From: Lewinellaceae bacterium
Lineage (GTDB): Bacteria; Bacteroidota; Bacteroidia; Chitinophagales; Saprospiraceae
Assembly (NCBI GenBank): GCA_040380145.1
Contig: JBEIJQ010000001.1
Span: 1-59,662 of the forward strand
Direction: 5' to 3'
DNA: 59,662 nt
This document shows positions 33,926-44,378 of the stretch, one piece after another; within the stretch, counting starts at the first letter, position 1; each line of letters opens with the position of its first letter. Both the position numbers and the translations under genes were made by a program. Below the pieces are notes generated by a model that ran no database searches, was not told the origin of the DNA, and saw only the letters and a list, made by a program, of their open reading frames with translations.

Positions 33926-36379
33926 TTATTGTTCCTCGTCCTTCGGCTTGTCTTGGGCATCGCGCCAGGCCGCCACCCCCCGGAACCCAAGTGCGAGCAG
34001 TCCAAGAGAGCCTTCCGTCGGCACCCGATAGGTAGCCTCGCCCAAGTGACGGTGCAGCCACACGTCCGTTTCCCAAACCGTATGGAAGACCGATTCGCGG
34101 GCGCGGTAGCCGTGGCCTTCGTGGGGCAGCATCACCAACCTCACCGGTGCACCGAGCCCTTTCAAAGCGGCGTAGTAACGCTCGCTCTGCAAGGGGTGTG
34201 TGCCCGGATTGCGGTCGTCTTGGCCGTGGATCAGCAACAGAGGCGTTTTCATCCGGTGTGCGTCCGAAAAGGGCGACATCCGATGGTAGGTATCCGAGGC
34301 CTGCCAGTAATGACGGTCCTCGTGCTGGAAACCGAACGGCGTCAAGGTGCGGTTGTACGCCCCGCTGCGGGCGATTCCCGCGGCGAATAGATCGGAGTGG
34401 GTCAACAGGTGGGCGGTCATGAACGCCCCGTAAGAATGCCCGCCGATGGCCACTCGCTTGGGATCGGCAATGCCGAGCGAAACCAGGTGCTCCACCGCCG
34501 CTTCGGCCCCGGCCACGAGCTGTTCGGTGAAAGTGTCGTTGGGCTCCTCGCCCTCTTCGCCCACGATGGGCATGGCCGGATCGTCCAGCACTGCAAAGCC
34601 GCGCATCACCCACAGGACGGGCGAAAGGCTGTACGCCCAGGTGAAGCGATACGGAGAATCGGTAACTTGGCCGGCGTGGGCCGCTTTTTTGTATTCCTTG
34701 GGATAGGCCCAAAGCAGGGTGGGCAACGGTCCGTGGTCTTCGGGCCGGTATCCCGGCGGCAGGTACAGGGTGCCGCTCAGGGGCAGGCCGTCCTTGCGCC
34801 GGTACTGGACCAGTTCCTTTTTCACTTCCTTGAAGAGCGGGAACGGATGCTCGAAAAGGGTGAGCTGCCGCTCGTTTTCCTCGCCGAGGCCGCGCAAAAA
34901 ATAGTTCGGCGGCACATCGGGGCTTTCCCGTCGCAGGAGCAATCGACCCGTCGAGGCCTGAAAACTCGAGACCGCCTCGTAAAATGGGGCGGAGCATCGC
35001 CACAGGGTCACGGTTTGGTCCGTGTGCAGGTCGAGGCGGCGCAAAAAAGGGAATTGGCCTTCCGGGGTGGCACCGCTGCCAGTCAGGTACAGGTATCGAC
35101 CGCCGGCGGTGGTTTGCAGCACCTGGCGCGCCCAAGCGTTCTGTTCGGTCAGCAGCCGTCCCGGGTGGTTGTACAGGTCGTCGGTGAAATACCGCATCAA
35201 TTCCCGGCTGTCGCCGGGAGCAGAAGGTGCAAACAGCGTCAGTACCTCGGAGCGGTCTTTCCACCAGCCTTCCTGCACGATGGCCAGCGCATCGCTGTGC
35301 CAGTAGATGTGCTCAAAGCGGAGCCGGGTGCGCAAAAGTTCCCGGGGGGCTTGTTCGAAAGGCGCGGCCCAGATCTTGACGGCGTCCCGAAATTCCGCCT
35401 CGGCCTTGGGGTCGCCCCCGTCGAGGGCTTCTGCCCAGACCAAGGCAGCGGGCGCGTCGGCGCGCCACGCGAAGTCCCTGGGACCCGTGCGCACGGCGTC
35501 GAACACATCTGGGACTTGTTCCGAAGAAGGCACATCGGCCACTGTCCGCACGAAAGTGCCGTCGGTCCGGAACAGTTCGAGGTCGTGCGGAAAGCGCTGG
35601 TAGGGCACAGAATAGGAATAGGGCTTTTTAAGTCGCTTGACCAAGATCCATTGGCCGTCGGGCGAGATCGAAAACGACGCGATCAGCCCGCCGATTCCCA
35701 ACGGGCGTTCTTCCGAACCGTCGATCTGGGTGCACACGAGCTCTCCGGAAGCGAAAAATTCGAAGGCAGCCTCGTCGTGCGCGCCCTCCAACAGATCTTG
35801 GTAGGTGCGGACGGCCGCTTGGGCGGCATGTACGTTGTCGTGAACGACCGGTCCACCGGGCACTGCTGCGGGTTCGGGCCGAGGCCCGCGATGCGCCGGC
35901 ACGGCCTTCCAGACGATCGCTTGCCCGTCGGGCATCCAAACATAGGGCAGTCCCACCAATGTATCGTTCACCACAGCGGCCGTCAACGGGCGGGCTTGGG
36001 CAGTGTCGAGGTCTAGGCACCAGATCTCCAGCCCGTCCTCGCGGGTGAGCGTAAAGGTCAGTTGGACGCCGCCTGGTGCCCAAGACAGATTTTCGATCTT
36101 GGGCGATTCGGGCAGTCCAAGGACGGGGCGCACCTCGCCGCTTTCCATATCGCAGACGCTCAGCCCGCCCACATACCAATCGTAGGGATAGGCGTTCGTG
36201 ACGGGATTCACCCGGCTGCCCGCCAAAGAACGCTTGGGTTGCGCGATGTCGGCCAAAGACGGAAATCCGGAAGAACTTCCGAAAACCAATCTCCTGCGGT
36301 CGGGACTGGGCCATACGGCCGGCAATTTGGGCGCGTCCAACAGGGCGGTCAGCGCGGGATGGGGCGTTTGCCAATTCAT
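33926..36379 (-). CDS. S9-family serine peptidase (beta-propeller plus alpha/beta hydrolase)
   Basis: 'IGGHSYGAFM' nucleophile elbow, 'LLLIHGQDDRN' Asp region and 'EGHGY' His. The long N-terminal propeller region has no signal peptide. Confidence 0.8.
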   Translation of the reverse strand: MNWQTPHPALTALLDAPKLPAVWPSPDRRRLVFGSSSGFPSLADIAQPKRSLAGSRVNPVTNAYPYDWYVGGLSVCDMESGEVRPVLGLPESPKIENLSWAPGGVQLTFTLTREDGLEIWCLDLDTAQARPLTAAVVNDTLVGLPYVWMPDGQAIVWKAVPAHRGPRPEPAAVPGGPVVHDNVHAAQAAVRTYQDLLEGAHDEAAFEFFASGELVCTQIDGSEERPLGIGGLIASFSISPDGQWILVKRLKKPYSYSVPYQRFPHDLELFRTDGTFVRTVADVPSSEQVPDVFDAVRTGPRDFAWRADAPAALVWAEALDGGDPKAEAEFRDAVKIWAAPFEQAPRELLRTRLRFEHIYWHSDALAIVQEGWWKDRSEVLTLFAPSAPGDSRELMRYFTDDLYNHPGRLLTEQNAWARQVLQTTAGGRYLYLTGSGATPEGQFPFLRRLDLHTDQTVTLWRCSAPFYEAVSSFQASTGRLLLRRESPDVPPNYFLRGLGEENERQLTLFEHPFPLFKEVKKELVQYRRKDGLPLSGTLYLPPGYRPEDHGPLPTLLWAYPKEYKKAAHAGQVTDSPYRFTWAYSLSPVLWVMRGFAVLDDPAMPIVGEEGEEPNDTFTEQLVAGAEAAVEHLVSLGIADPKRVAIGGHSYGAFMTAHLLTHSDLFAAGIARSGAYNRTLTPFGFQHEDRHYWQASDTYHRMSPFSDAHRMKTPLLLIHGQDDRNPGTHPLQSERYYAALKGLGAPVRLVMLPHEGHGYRARESVFHTVWETDVWLHRHLGEATYRVPTEGSLGLLALGFRGVAAWRDAQDKPKDEEQ

Positions 36380-36429
36380 TTTTTGTGTATATTTTTTTTC
36401 AGAAAAATTTTTGCCAAAAACAAAAAAAA

Positions 36430-36861
36430 TCAGGGACCGAAGCGGGCAAACTGCCCCGAACTTTTGGCCAGCAACTTGCCGCTTTGGTCGAAAAGTTCGC
36501 AGGTCACGTGGGACACGTTGCGGCCCATCCGCGTCACGTGCGGGACGGCGACCACCTCTTGGCCGGGCAGGGCTTTGTTGAGGAAATCAACATGCAGTCC
36601 GATCGCCACATAATTGGTCTCGGCGTTGAGCAGGTACAACTGCAGGCCCATGGATTCGTCCATGATGGCCGCCACGGCGCCGCCGTGCATCATCCCGAGG
36701 GCGTTCAACATGTCGTCGCGCACCGCGAACGAAAGCCGCACGGCCCCTTCGTCCGAAACGGCGTCCACACGGGCATTGAGCCACTTGGTCAGTCCGACGG
36801 TGTGCTGGTCGAGATGGACGCCGAGATTGGCGCGTAGCAGGTCCAAAATATCCTTGCGCAT
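36430..36861 (-). CDS. PaaI-family (hotdog fold) thioesterase
   Basis: 143 aa. 'LNALGMMHGGAVAAIMDESMG' is the typical PaaI/4HBT motif. Confidence 0.8.
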   Translation of the reverse strand: MRKDILDLLRANLGVHLDQHTVGLTKWLNARVDAVSDEGAVRLSFAVRDDMLNALGMMHGGAVAAIMDESMGLQLYLLNAETNYVAIGLHVDFLNKALPGQEVVAVPHVTRMGRNVSHVTCELFDQSGKLLAKSSGQFARFGP

Positions 36862-36873
36862 AAAATTCGGGGT

Positions 36874-37677
36874 TTATAGAGTTTCGGAAAACGGTTCGGT
36901 CGGTACGGGCCTCACAGCGAAGCCGCTGTGCTTGATCAGTCGCAGCATGCCTTTTCCGCCCGGAAGATGGGCCGCGCCGACGGCTGCAAAAACCGCCTCT
37001 TCCCGCGCTTTGTTCACCAAATGTACCGACATGGCCCGGTTGCGTTCGAACAGCATCACTTCCCGCAGTCCGCCCAACTGCCGTCGGCCGAGGCGCAACA
37101 GGCCGTTCAGATCGCCCCGAACATAGCTGTCCAGCATCCGGCGGGAGCGGCGGCGGAAACGCCCGAAATCCCGCAGGGCATCTATCAGCGAACGGAGAAA
37201 ATCGTTTTCGGGCATTTTGGAAAGGGTGGAAAAATGCTCCTCCGGGGTTTCCAGGCCCGCACAGGAAAGCCCCAGCCGGCGCGCGTCCTCGTACAGGACG
37301 GCGTCGAGGGGCAGGTGGTACTCGCGGCCGAGACAAAACTCGGCCAGCATCTGCAAGAGTGCAAAAGGGGTCAGGTGCTGCACATCGCCGAGGGCCATTC
37401 CTGCCTCTTCGCGCAGCAGGCGGGCCAAACGGTCGGCCACGGCGCGCGGCAGCAGGTCGCGGACCGTCTCGCCGGGCGGCAGGATCAGGGCATCGTGGAA
37501 AACGTGCGCGGACGGATCGAACAGGTCGTATTCGGGCATGAAGACCGTGCAACGCTTCAAATGCTCGGCGTACAAAGGCCGATAGCGGAACACGCGCGCA
37601 TCCCTGACATGCATGGTGCCCAGCACATACGAGGTCGGGCCGCCGCCGCGAGGTCGGATTTCCCAAAAAACGCTCAT
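36874..37677 (-). CDS. TraB/GumN family protein
   Basis: 'SYVLGTMHVRD' N-terminal motif and the 'AAVGAAHLPGGKGMLRLI' C-terminal motif. The ATGA overlap links it to the coaE stop. Confidence 0.75.
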   Translation of the reverse strand: MSVFWEIRPRGGGPTSYVLGTMHVRDARVFRYRPLYAEHLKRCTVFMPEYDLFDPSAHVFHDALILPPGETVRDLLPRAVADRLARLLREEAGMALGDVQHLTPFALLQMLAEFCLGREYHLPLDAVLYEDARRLGLSCAGLETPEEHFSTLSKMPENDFLRSLIDALRDFGRFRRRSRRMLDSYVRGDLNGLLRLGRRQLGGLREVMLFERNRAMSVHLVNKAREEAVFAAVGAAHLPGGKGMLRLIKHSGFAVRPVPTEPFSETL

Positions 37678-38306
37678 GATGGATCGGCGGCGCGCAGCAG
37701 TTGTCGATGGATGTAAAGCACCTGTCCGGTCAGCATCAAGTGCCCGTCGTTCTGGACAACGAAATCGGCCAGGGCCACTTTTTCGGTCTCGGGCAACTGG
37801 CGGGCCATGCGCTGGCGAACCGCTTCTTCAGTGGAGCCGTCACGGGCAACCACGCGCGCGATGCGCACTTCCTCGGGCGCCGTCACGACGATCAGCTTGT
37901 CCAAAAAACGGTACGAGCCGCTTTCGATCAGCAGGGCGGCTTCTTTGAGGCAGTAGGGGACGCCCTTTTCGGCCTGTTCCATTTCCCATTGGAAACCGTC
38001 TTCGAAAACGGCCGGATGTACGATCGCGTTCAAAACCGCCAATTTTTCAGCATCCGAAAAAACGACGGAGGAAAGGTAGCCCCGATCGAGCCGATCGTTC
38101 GCGTCGAAAACCCGTTCGCCAAAGGCAGCCCGAAGCGCCTCGGAAACATCGGAACGGTTTTCCATCAGCCACTTCGCCCGGTCGTCGGCATAATAGACGG
38201 GCACCCCGAGGGTCTCGAAGATCCGGCAAACGGTTGTCTTGCCACTGCCGATGCCGCCGGTGATACCCACTTTGATCACAGCACCAACCGGTTTTGGAAT
38301 GGCCAT
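37674..38306 (-). CDS. coaE: dephospho-CoA kinase
   Basis: ATG 38306. 'IKVGITGGIGSGKTTV' P-loop and 'NAIVHPAV'. The longer ORF 37674..38999 is a shadow extension. Confidence 0.85.
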   Translation of the reverse strand: MAIPKPVGAVIKVGITGGIGSGKTTVCRIFETLGVPVYYADDRAKWLMENRSDVSEALRAAFGERVFDANDRLDRGYLSSVVFSDAEKLAVLNAIVHPAVFEDGFQWEMEQAEKGVPYCLKEAALLIESGSYRFLDKLIVVTAPEEVRIARVVARDGSTEEAVRQRMARQLPETEKVALADFVVQNDGHLMLTGQVLYIHRQLLRAADPS

Positions 38307-38911
38307 CCGTAGTCGTCGCCCAAGGTCGCCAGTACCATCGAAGCACCTTGCCGGGCCACTTGCTCGTCGATCAGCGATTTGGCCAATGCGGCGTTGGCCG
38401 CGTCCAAGTGGCTGAAAGGCTCGTCCAGCAACAGGTAGCGAAAGGGCTGCGACAAGGCCCGGACGATCGCGATCCGCTGGCGTTGCCCGTAGGAAAGGGT
38501 CTCCGCTTTTTGCGACAAAAAAGGCGCCACCCCCAACCGTTCCGTGTGCTCCCGCAATTCTTTTTCGGAAAAAAATCCCGTCAACTGGTTTTTCAACAAC
38601 AAGTTGTCCCACGCGGACAGTCCCGGGAACAGCCGAAGGTCTTGAAAAACCATCGCTACCTGTTCGCGCCGCAGCTCCGCCCAGTCGTCGGGTCCGAATG
38701 CACGGGTGGATTTTCCCTGCCAGGTGATTTGGCCCGCGTAATCGGACCGCAGCCCGTACAGGAGATGAAGGAAGGTGGATTTGCCCTTGCCGGAAGGTGC
38801 GCACACCAGATGGTGGAGCGACGGGTCGAGCACCTGCGAACGCCCCCACACGCCCGAAGCGGCGATCTGCCCCGAAAGCGGCTCCGGCTCGATGTGGTCC
38901 AATCCAAACAT
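38276..38911 (-). CDS. ABC transporter ATP-binding protein
   Basis: ATG 38911 (MFGLDHIEPE). Walker A 'APSGKGKST', Q-loop 'VFQD', signature variant 'LSYGQRQR' and Walker B 'LLLDEPFSHLD'. It overlaps coaE by 31 nt. Confidence 0.75.
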   Translation of the reverse strand: MFGLDHIEPEPLSGQIAASGVWGRSQVLDPSLHHLVCAPSGKGKSTFLHLLYGLRSDYAGQITWQGKSTRAFGPDDWAELRREQVAMVFQDLRLFPGLSAWDNLLLKNQLTGFFSEKELREHTERLGVAPFLSQKAETLSYGQRQRIAIVRALSQPFRYLLLDEPFSHLDAANAALAKSLIDEQVARQGASMVLATLGDDYGWPFQNRLVL

Positions 38912-38970
38912 CTCGCAAAGATAACGCCCGCAAGGCAAAAAGTACATCGGCGGGTGCTACGCCAAAAGCC

Positions 38971-39168
38971 TCAAAACGCGGCCTGACGCGTAAAGGCAAC
39001 GCCCACCAGCGTCAACAACGCCACGAGTGAGAGCCAAAATTTGGGATCCTTGTAAAAATCCAGCCCCTCCTCGGCGATGCAGTTCGCCATGCTCATCAAA
39101 AACAACAGCAGCAGCAGTCCCAGTACGATCATGTCCGTTCGCTTTTTTGTTCCCGAAATCCAAGGCAT
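38971..39168 (-). CDS. small two-TM membrane protein (hypothetical)
   Basis: 'MIVLGLLLLLFLMSMANC' and 'FWLSLVALLTLVGVAF' are hydrophobic helices. It sits directly upstream of the ABC ATPase. The start is ATG 39168 or 39132. Confidence 0.35.
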   Translation of the reverse strand: MPWISGTKKRTDMIVLGLLLLLFLMSMANCIAEEGLDFYKDPKFWLSLVALLTLVGVAFTRQAAF

Positions 39169-39415
39169 CCGGAGCCGTCAAAATCCTTGCCGAAAATAAA
39201 TCTCCCGTCGGGGAACCCATCGCCCTTGGGATATTGTTTAAAGATAAAGTTTTTTTCAGAAAAGGAGAACATTTTTATAAAAAATTGTGTTATTTAATTC
39301 GAGTCCGATCAGCCTACAAAAAGCCAATGATTTGTCGACGCGTTGTTGACAAAAGACAAAAAACGGCGACTCAGCAAGTAGATGGCCCATTTCATCCGTT
39401 CACTGCCAAAACCAT

Positions 39416-40288
39416 TTGTATATGAGACAATTGAAAATTACCCAAAAGATTACATCACGGGAGAGCATTTCGCTCGACAAATACCTCAACGACATCGGCA
39501 AGATCCACATGTTGGCCGCCGACGAAGAAGCCGATCTTGCCCAGCGGATACGGGAGGGCGACCAAGAGGCGTTGGACCGTCTGACGGGGGCCAATCTCCG
39601 GTTCGTCGTATCGGTCGCCAAGCAGTACCAGAATCAGGGAATTTCTTTGATAGACCTCATCAACGAAGGCAATATGGGCCTGATCAAGGCGGCCCGCCGA
39701 TTCGACGAGACCAAGGGTTTCAAATTCATTTCCTACGCCGTTTGGTGGATCCGGCAGTCCATTTTGCAGGCCATCGTGGACCATTCGAGGATCGTACGGC
39801 TGCCCTTGAACAAGATGGGGGCCTACAACAAAGTGAACGAGGCTTATTTGGCCTTTGTCCAAGAGCACGAAAGGGAGCCCAGCCACGAGGAACTGGCCGA
39901 GGTGTTGGACCTGTCGGAACGGACGGTCGCCGATGTGCTGAAGACCAATTTCCGGCACACCTCCATGGACTCGCCCCTTCGGCCCGACGAAAACGATTCC
40001 GATTCACTGATCGATCTCATAGCCGACGAGGACCAGGTCACTCCCGACAACGAACTGATCCAAGAATCGCTCCGCGCGGAAATGCGCCAGGGCATGCGGG
40101 GATTGTCGGAAAGGGAAATCGATGTGCTGAACGCGTTTTACGGTCTCAACAAAGGCCGGGAATATTCGCTCGACGAGATAGGTGCCATGTTAAATCTCAC
40201 CCGGGAGCGGGTACGCCAGATCAAGGAACGGGCGATCCGCCGCTTGCGCCGTTCGGCCAAGCAGAGCGACCTCAAGACTTACCTTTGA
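39416..40288 (+). CDS. rpoD: RNA polymerase primary sigma factor (short Bacteroidota sigma-70)
   Basis: Region 2 'NLRFVVSVAKQYQNQGISLIDLINEGNMGLIKAARRFD...FKFISYAVWWIRQSI' and region 4 'LSEREIDVL...LDEIGAMLNLTRERVRQIKERAIRRL'. About 290 aa, with no region 1.1 or acidic insert. Confidence 0.9.
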   Translation: MYMRQLKITQKITSRESISLDKYLNDIGKIHMLAADEEADLAQRIREGDQEALDRLTGANLRFVVSVAKQYQNQGISLIDLINEGNMGLIKAARRFDETKGFKFISYAVWWIRQSILQAIVDHSRIVRLPLNKMGAYNKVNEAYLAFVQEHEREPSHEELAEVLDLSERTVADVLKTNFRHTSMDSPLRPDENDSDSLIDLIADEDQVTPDNELIQESLRAEMRQGMRGLSEREIDVLNAFYGLNKGREYSLDEIGAMLNLTRERVRQIKERAIRRLRRSAKQSDLKTYL

Positions 40289-41393
40289 CCGTCCGGGCCA
40301 AATAGGCCCAAGAAAATCTTTCGCGCGCGGCCAGCACGCCGGTCTTCAGCCGGTCGTGCATGTCGCGCGCGAAAAATTCCTCGATGCTATCGGCCAGGGA
40401 ATCCGGCTCGGGCTTGCAGATCATTCCCGAAACGCCCTCTTCGACGGCTTCGGGCAATCCGCCCACATCCGTGACCAACATCGGGGTGCCGAAATGGTGG
40501 GCCAGTTGCGAAATACCGCTCTGCGAAGCCGATCGGTACGGTTGGACCACCAAATGGGAGGCCCCGAAAAAAAACTTCACCCGGTCGTCGGGGATGTAAT
40601 CGGCAAAGAAATGCACCCGGCCGCCAAGGCCCATTTTTTCGACCGAACGGTCCATTTCTCCGCGGTCGGTGTAAAACTCGCCGGCCACGATCAAGTGCAA
40701 GTCCCGGGCCGCGAGGCGCGGATCGGCCATGGCCTCTACCAAAAGGTCAAGGCCCTTGTACTTTCTGATGAATCCAAAGAAAAGCACGTATTGTTTGTCG
40801 GGCGAAAGGTCCAATTCCCGCAGGCTCTCTTCTCGCGTCGCTGCTTCGCCGTAAGAATCGTACACGGGGTGGTCGGCCACCTCAACGGGTTTGTCGGCGG
40901 CAAAGGGCCGCAATTCCTCGGCCACATGCTGCGAGAGGGTGACAAATCGGTGGCACGCACCGGCGAACCAGCGGGTGAACAAGCGGTCGCCGGGTCGTTT
41001 TTCGTGCGGCAAAACATTGTCGCAAAGCCCGACCGTGCGCGTATGTCCGTTGCTGCGGGCCAATCGGAGCACGGTCCCCAAGCAGGGGCCCATGAACGGC
41101 AGCCAGTAGCGGCAGACGATCAGATCGGGCCGTTCGCGGCGCAATTTCCAGCCCGCCCATATCCAGTTGAAAGGGTTGACGGAGTTGAGCCATACCCGTA
41201 TCCGCAGGCCTTTCGGCGGCGGGGCGTCCGTGTATTGGGTCTTGCCGGGAAAGAGCACCGAAGGGTATTGCAGGCTAAAGGTGACCAAGTCCACCTCATC
41301 TCCGGAATCTTGGAATTCCCGGGCCAGCCTTTCGTTGAACTTGGCGATGCCGCCCCGAAGCGGGTGGGCCGGGCCGATGAGCACGATCTTCAT
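40272..41393 (-). CDS. glycosyltransferase (GT4 / group 1)
   Basis: 'MKIVLIGPAHPLRGGIA' and the C-terminal 'PYRSASQSGISQLAHHFGTPMLVTDVGGLPEAVEEGVSG' EX7E-type region. It overlaps the rpoD 3' end convergently by 17 nt. Confidence 0.8.
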   Translation of the reverse strand: MKIVLIGPAHPLRGGIAKFNERLAREFQDSGDEVDLVTFSLQYPSVLFPGKTQYTDAPPPKGLRIRVWLNSVNPFNWIWAGWKLRRERPDLIVCRYWLPFMGPCLGTVLRLARSNGHTRTVGLCDNVLPHEKRPGDRLFTRWFAGACHRFVTLSQHVAEELRPFAADKPVEVADHPVYDSYGEAATREESLRELDLSPDKQYVLFFGFIRKYKGLDLLVEAMADPRLAARDLHLIVAGEFYTDRGEMDRSVEKMGLGGRVHFFADYIPDDRVKFFFGASHLVVQPYRSASQSGISQLAHHFGTPMLVTDVGGLPEAVEEGVSGMICKPEPDSLADSIEEFFARDMHDRLKTGVLAARERFSWAYLARTVKGKS

Positions 41394-41433
41394 GGTGAGG
41401 ACGGTTGGATCCGGGCTAAAGGAAATTTTTTAC

Positions 41434-41464
41434 AAAAAAAGGGCGCAACTGCAACATTGCGCCC
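41434..41464 (-). terminator. intrinsic terminator downstream of the M43-like protease gene
   Basis: An 8-bp stem, GGGCGCAA (41441-41448) pairing with TTGCGCCC (41457-41464). On the minus strand it is followed by T7 (A-run 41434-41440 on plus). Confidence 0.55.
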
Positions 41465-41502
41465 TTTCGGGATGATCGAAATTTTTGGCCGATACGGCCG
41501 GA

Positions 41503-43098
41503 TCAGCGCTGCACCACGAGGCGCAGATTGCGCAGGCCGTGCTCGGAGCGGAGCTGCACTAGGTAAACCCCTGCGGCCAAGCCGTCCGTGTCGAGGGACA
41601 TGTTGTTGGCGCCCGCTTGTACGGACCATTGGATCGGCGCGCCGACCGTTTGGCCCGACAGGCTGAAGAGGGCCACTGTCACCCGCTGGGCGTTGGGAGT
41701 TTCCATCGTCAGCATGACCGGTTCGCCGGGCATCGACGGATTGGGCGCGAGCTCGGCGGTGTGGATGTCGTCTGCGCCGGTGAGGCCCACCTGCCAATCG
41801 CCGGTCTCGAACAGGCGGGTTTGGTAAGTGCCGCAGAAACTGATGGCGTTGTAGGCCTTGATGCGCACTTGATATTGGAGATTCGCGTTGGCGGCGGTGT
41901 TGGCCTGCAGAGTGGTCACAGTGACCGAGTTGGTGTTGGTGATAGCGGAGAAAACCATTCCGTTGGTGATCGGATTGCCGTTGGCCGTGGCGCGCCATAC
42001 CTCCACATGGTAGTTGGTGGCGTTGAGAACCGGCGCCCAATAGATGGGGACGGAATAGTAAGTGTACACGGTTTCGCCGGCGAGGGGCGAAGTGATGTTC
42101 ACCGGATCGGTAACCGAGTTTTGTGTGGGCGGATTGAAATTGTCGTAGTTGCGTACATTGATGTCGGCGAGAACGGCTGCTTGCTGTTGGGCGGTGAACC
42201 GATTGGAGCAGTTGTCGCCGAAATAGCTCATGAACAGTGTTTCGTCGGGATTGACCGGCGCGCCTGCAGGGTCGGTCACATTGCTGGTAAAGGTACAACT
42301 GGCCGTGAACAGACCGAAATTGTAGTCCGGCTCGGTATCGCAGAAGCCGTCGGCGGCGCTGGCGCAGTTGGCACCGGCGCCCGTGCGGGCGGCTTTTTCG
42401 GTCACATTGCCGGAAGGCGAGATGGCGGGTGCCTGTGTACCGTTGGCGGGAGGCGTATCGCCGTCCCAGCCGAAGTGGGGGTGGGCCAGCGAAAAATAGT
42501 GCCCGCATTCGTGCGTCAGCGTATTGGATCCCCCGTTGACCGTGCTGCGTATCGCGAAGATCCAATCGCCCGCAGGACTGTAATAGCCCAAGGTCACGCC
42601 TTGTGCGTTCGGACTGGCTTGGTTGCCCACGAAGATGTTCACCTTATTGAGCGTTCGCCGGTTGGTCATGAAGAGGGCCGCGTTGATCGTGTTGGTGTGG
42701 TTGTACACCACCGTGTTGTTCCAATAATCGAACGCGCCGTCTATGAAGAACCGGACGTTCATCGGGGCGTAGTGATCGTTCATCCTGCAGAGGTTTTCGA
42801 ACACATCTTTTTCGTTGACACGGCCCGTGCCGTCGGAAAGGGCCACCAAGTGGAACACCACGGGGATCCAGATCGTGCCGCCGCGTCTTTCGAAATCTAT
42901 GCCGCGCGTGCGGAGACGGTTTTCGAACAGGCGCTGAACGATCAATTCTTGGTCATCGTGGCCGGTACCGCAGCAGGTGTGCCGCGGCGTTTGGCCGTGG
43001 CCGCCGGCGTTGGCGCCGTCTTGGTCAAAATTTTGGGCGCTCAAGGCACCGATGGCGAAAATGCCGAAGAAAAAACCGAGTAGGATTTTTTTGGTCAT
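41503..43098 (-). CDS. secreted zinc metalloprotease (pappalysin/M43-like) with T9SS type A C-terminal domain
   Basis: ATG 43098 (MTKKILLGFFFGIFAIGALSAQ). Zinc site 'HECGHYFSLAHPH'. The C-terminus 'LAPNPSMPGEPVMLTM...VALFSLSGQTV...LAAGVYLVQLRSEHGLRNLRLVVQR' is a Por_Secre_tail-type CTD. Confidence 0.75.
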   Translation of the reverse strand: MTKKILLGFFFGIFAIGALSAQNFDQDGANAGGHGQTPRHTCCGTGHDDQELIVQRLFENRLRTRGIDFERRGGTIWIPVVFHLVALSDGTGRVNEKDVFENLCRMNDHYAPMNVRFFIDGAFDYWNNTVVYNHTNTINAALFMTNRRTLNKVNIFVGNQASPNAQGVTLGYYSPAGDWIFAIRSTVNGGSNTLTHECGHYFSLAHPHFGWDGDTPPANGTQAPAISPSGNVTEKAARTGAGANCASAADGFCDTEPDYNFGLFTASCTFTSNVTDPAGAPVNPDETLFMSYFGDNCSNRFTAQQQAAVLADINVRNYDNFNPPTQNSVTDPVNITSPLAGETVYTYYSVPIYWAPVLNATNYHVEVWRATANGNPITNGMVFSAITNTNSVTVTTLQANTAANANLQYQVRIKAYNAISFCGTYQTRLFETGDWQVGLTGADDIHTAELAPNPSMPGEPVMLTMETPNAQRVTVALFSLSGQTVGAPIQWSVQAGANNMSLDTDGLAAGVYLVQLRSEHGLRNLRLVVQR

Positions 43099-43260
43099 TG
43101 TAAAAAAGAAAATGATGGAAAGGAACAAGATTGCGTGTCGAAAATTGGGCCCGATCGGGTTGCGGGCAAAGATACGCAAATAAAACGCGCATTCCCGAAG
43201 AGTGTTGACAGTTTGGAATACTCTTGACAAAAATCAGCAGAATATTCCGAACAGATTGAC

Positions 43261-43268
43261 TATTTTTG
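43261..43268 (+). promoter_or_regulatory. candidate Bacteroidota -7 promoter element (TAnnTTTG) upstream of mdh
   Basis: TATTTTTG lies 70 nt upstream of ATG 43338. Confidence 0.3.
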
Positions 43269-43337
43269 GGCGCGGAAAAAAATTGTCCGCATCGAACTTT
43301 TTTTCACAAATTTTATTCACTCCCCTAAAATTAAATC

Positions 43338-44270
43338 ATGAGCAAAGTAACTGTTGTCGGCGCTGGAAACGTGGGCGCGACTTGTGCCAACGTCATCGCC
43401 CACCGCGACCTGGTCAACGAGGTGGTTCTTTTGGACATCATCGGCAACACGGCCAAGGGCAAGGCGCTCGACACTTGGCAGCAGGCCCCCATCGACTATT
43501 ACAGCACGTTCCTGTCGGGCACTGACAACTACGAGGCCACGGCCGGGTCCGATATTGTGGTGATCACGGCCGGGGTACCCCGTAAGCCTGGAATGACCCG
43601 CGACGATCTCATTTCGACCAACGCCAAGATCGTCACCACGGTTACGGAGCAGATCCTGAAATACTCGCCGAACCCGATCATCATCGTGGTGTCCAATCCG
43701 CTCGATGTGATGACCTATGTGTCCTATGCGAAGTCCGGACTTCCGTCCAACCGCGTCATGGGCATGGCAGGCATCCTCGATACGGCCCGCTACCGCGCCT
43801 TCTTGGCCGAGGCCCTGAAAGTCTCCCCGAAAGATATACAAGCGGTGCTGATGGGCGGCCACGGCGACACGATGGTGCCCCTGCCGCGCTACACCACGGT
43901 GGCGGGTATCCCAGTCACGGAACTCATCTCAGCTGATCGTCTCGATGCAATCGTCGAGCGCACCAAGGGCGGCGGCGGCGAACTGGTCAATCTCATGGGC
44001 ACCTCCGCTTGGTATGCTCCGGGTGCGGCCGCGGCCCAAATGGTCGAGGCGATCGTGCGCAACGAAAACCGCGTCTTCCCCTGCTGTGCCTTGCTCAACG
44101 GCGAGTACGGCATCAACGACCTGTATGTGGGCGTGCCGGTGAAACTCGGCAAAAACGGCATCGAACAAATCATCGAACTGCAGCTCAACAGCGACGAACA
44201 AGCGCTGCTCCACGCTTCGGCCGACGCCGTACGCTCCATGGTGGATGTCTACAAGGGAATGAATATCTAA
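43338..44270 (+). CDS. mdh: malate dehydrogenase
   Basis: 'KVTVVGAGNVGATCA', 'ITAGVPRKPGMTRDDL' and 'GGHGDTMVPL' place it in the LDH-like MDH family. Confidence 0.9.
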   Translation: MSKVTVVGAGNVGATCANVIAHRDLVNEVVLLDIIGNTAKGKALDTWQQAPIDYYSTFLSGTDNYEATAGSDIVVITAGVPRKPGMTRDDLISTNAKIVTTVTEQILKYSPNPIIIVVSNPLDVMTYVSYAKSGLPSNRVMGMAGILDTARYRAFLAEALKVSPKDIQAVLMGGHGDTMVPLPRYTTVAGIPVTELISADRLDAIVERTKGGGGELVNLMGTSAWYAPGAAAAQMVEAIVRNENRVFPCCALLNGEYGINDLYVGVPVKLGKNGIEQIIELQLNSDEQALLHASADAVRSMVDVYKGMNI

Positions 44271-44378
44271 AGAAGTTCCCAAGCGGGAAACCCTTCCCCC
44301 TAAACCATTGGGCCACTGCCCGTTCACAGCGTTTCGGGGGAAGTAGTTTGCCATGTTCGATTCAGCTTTGCCTAGGAC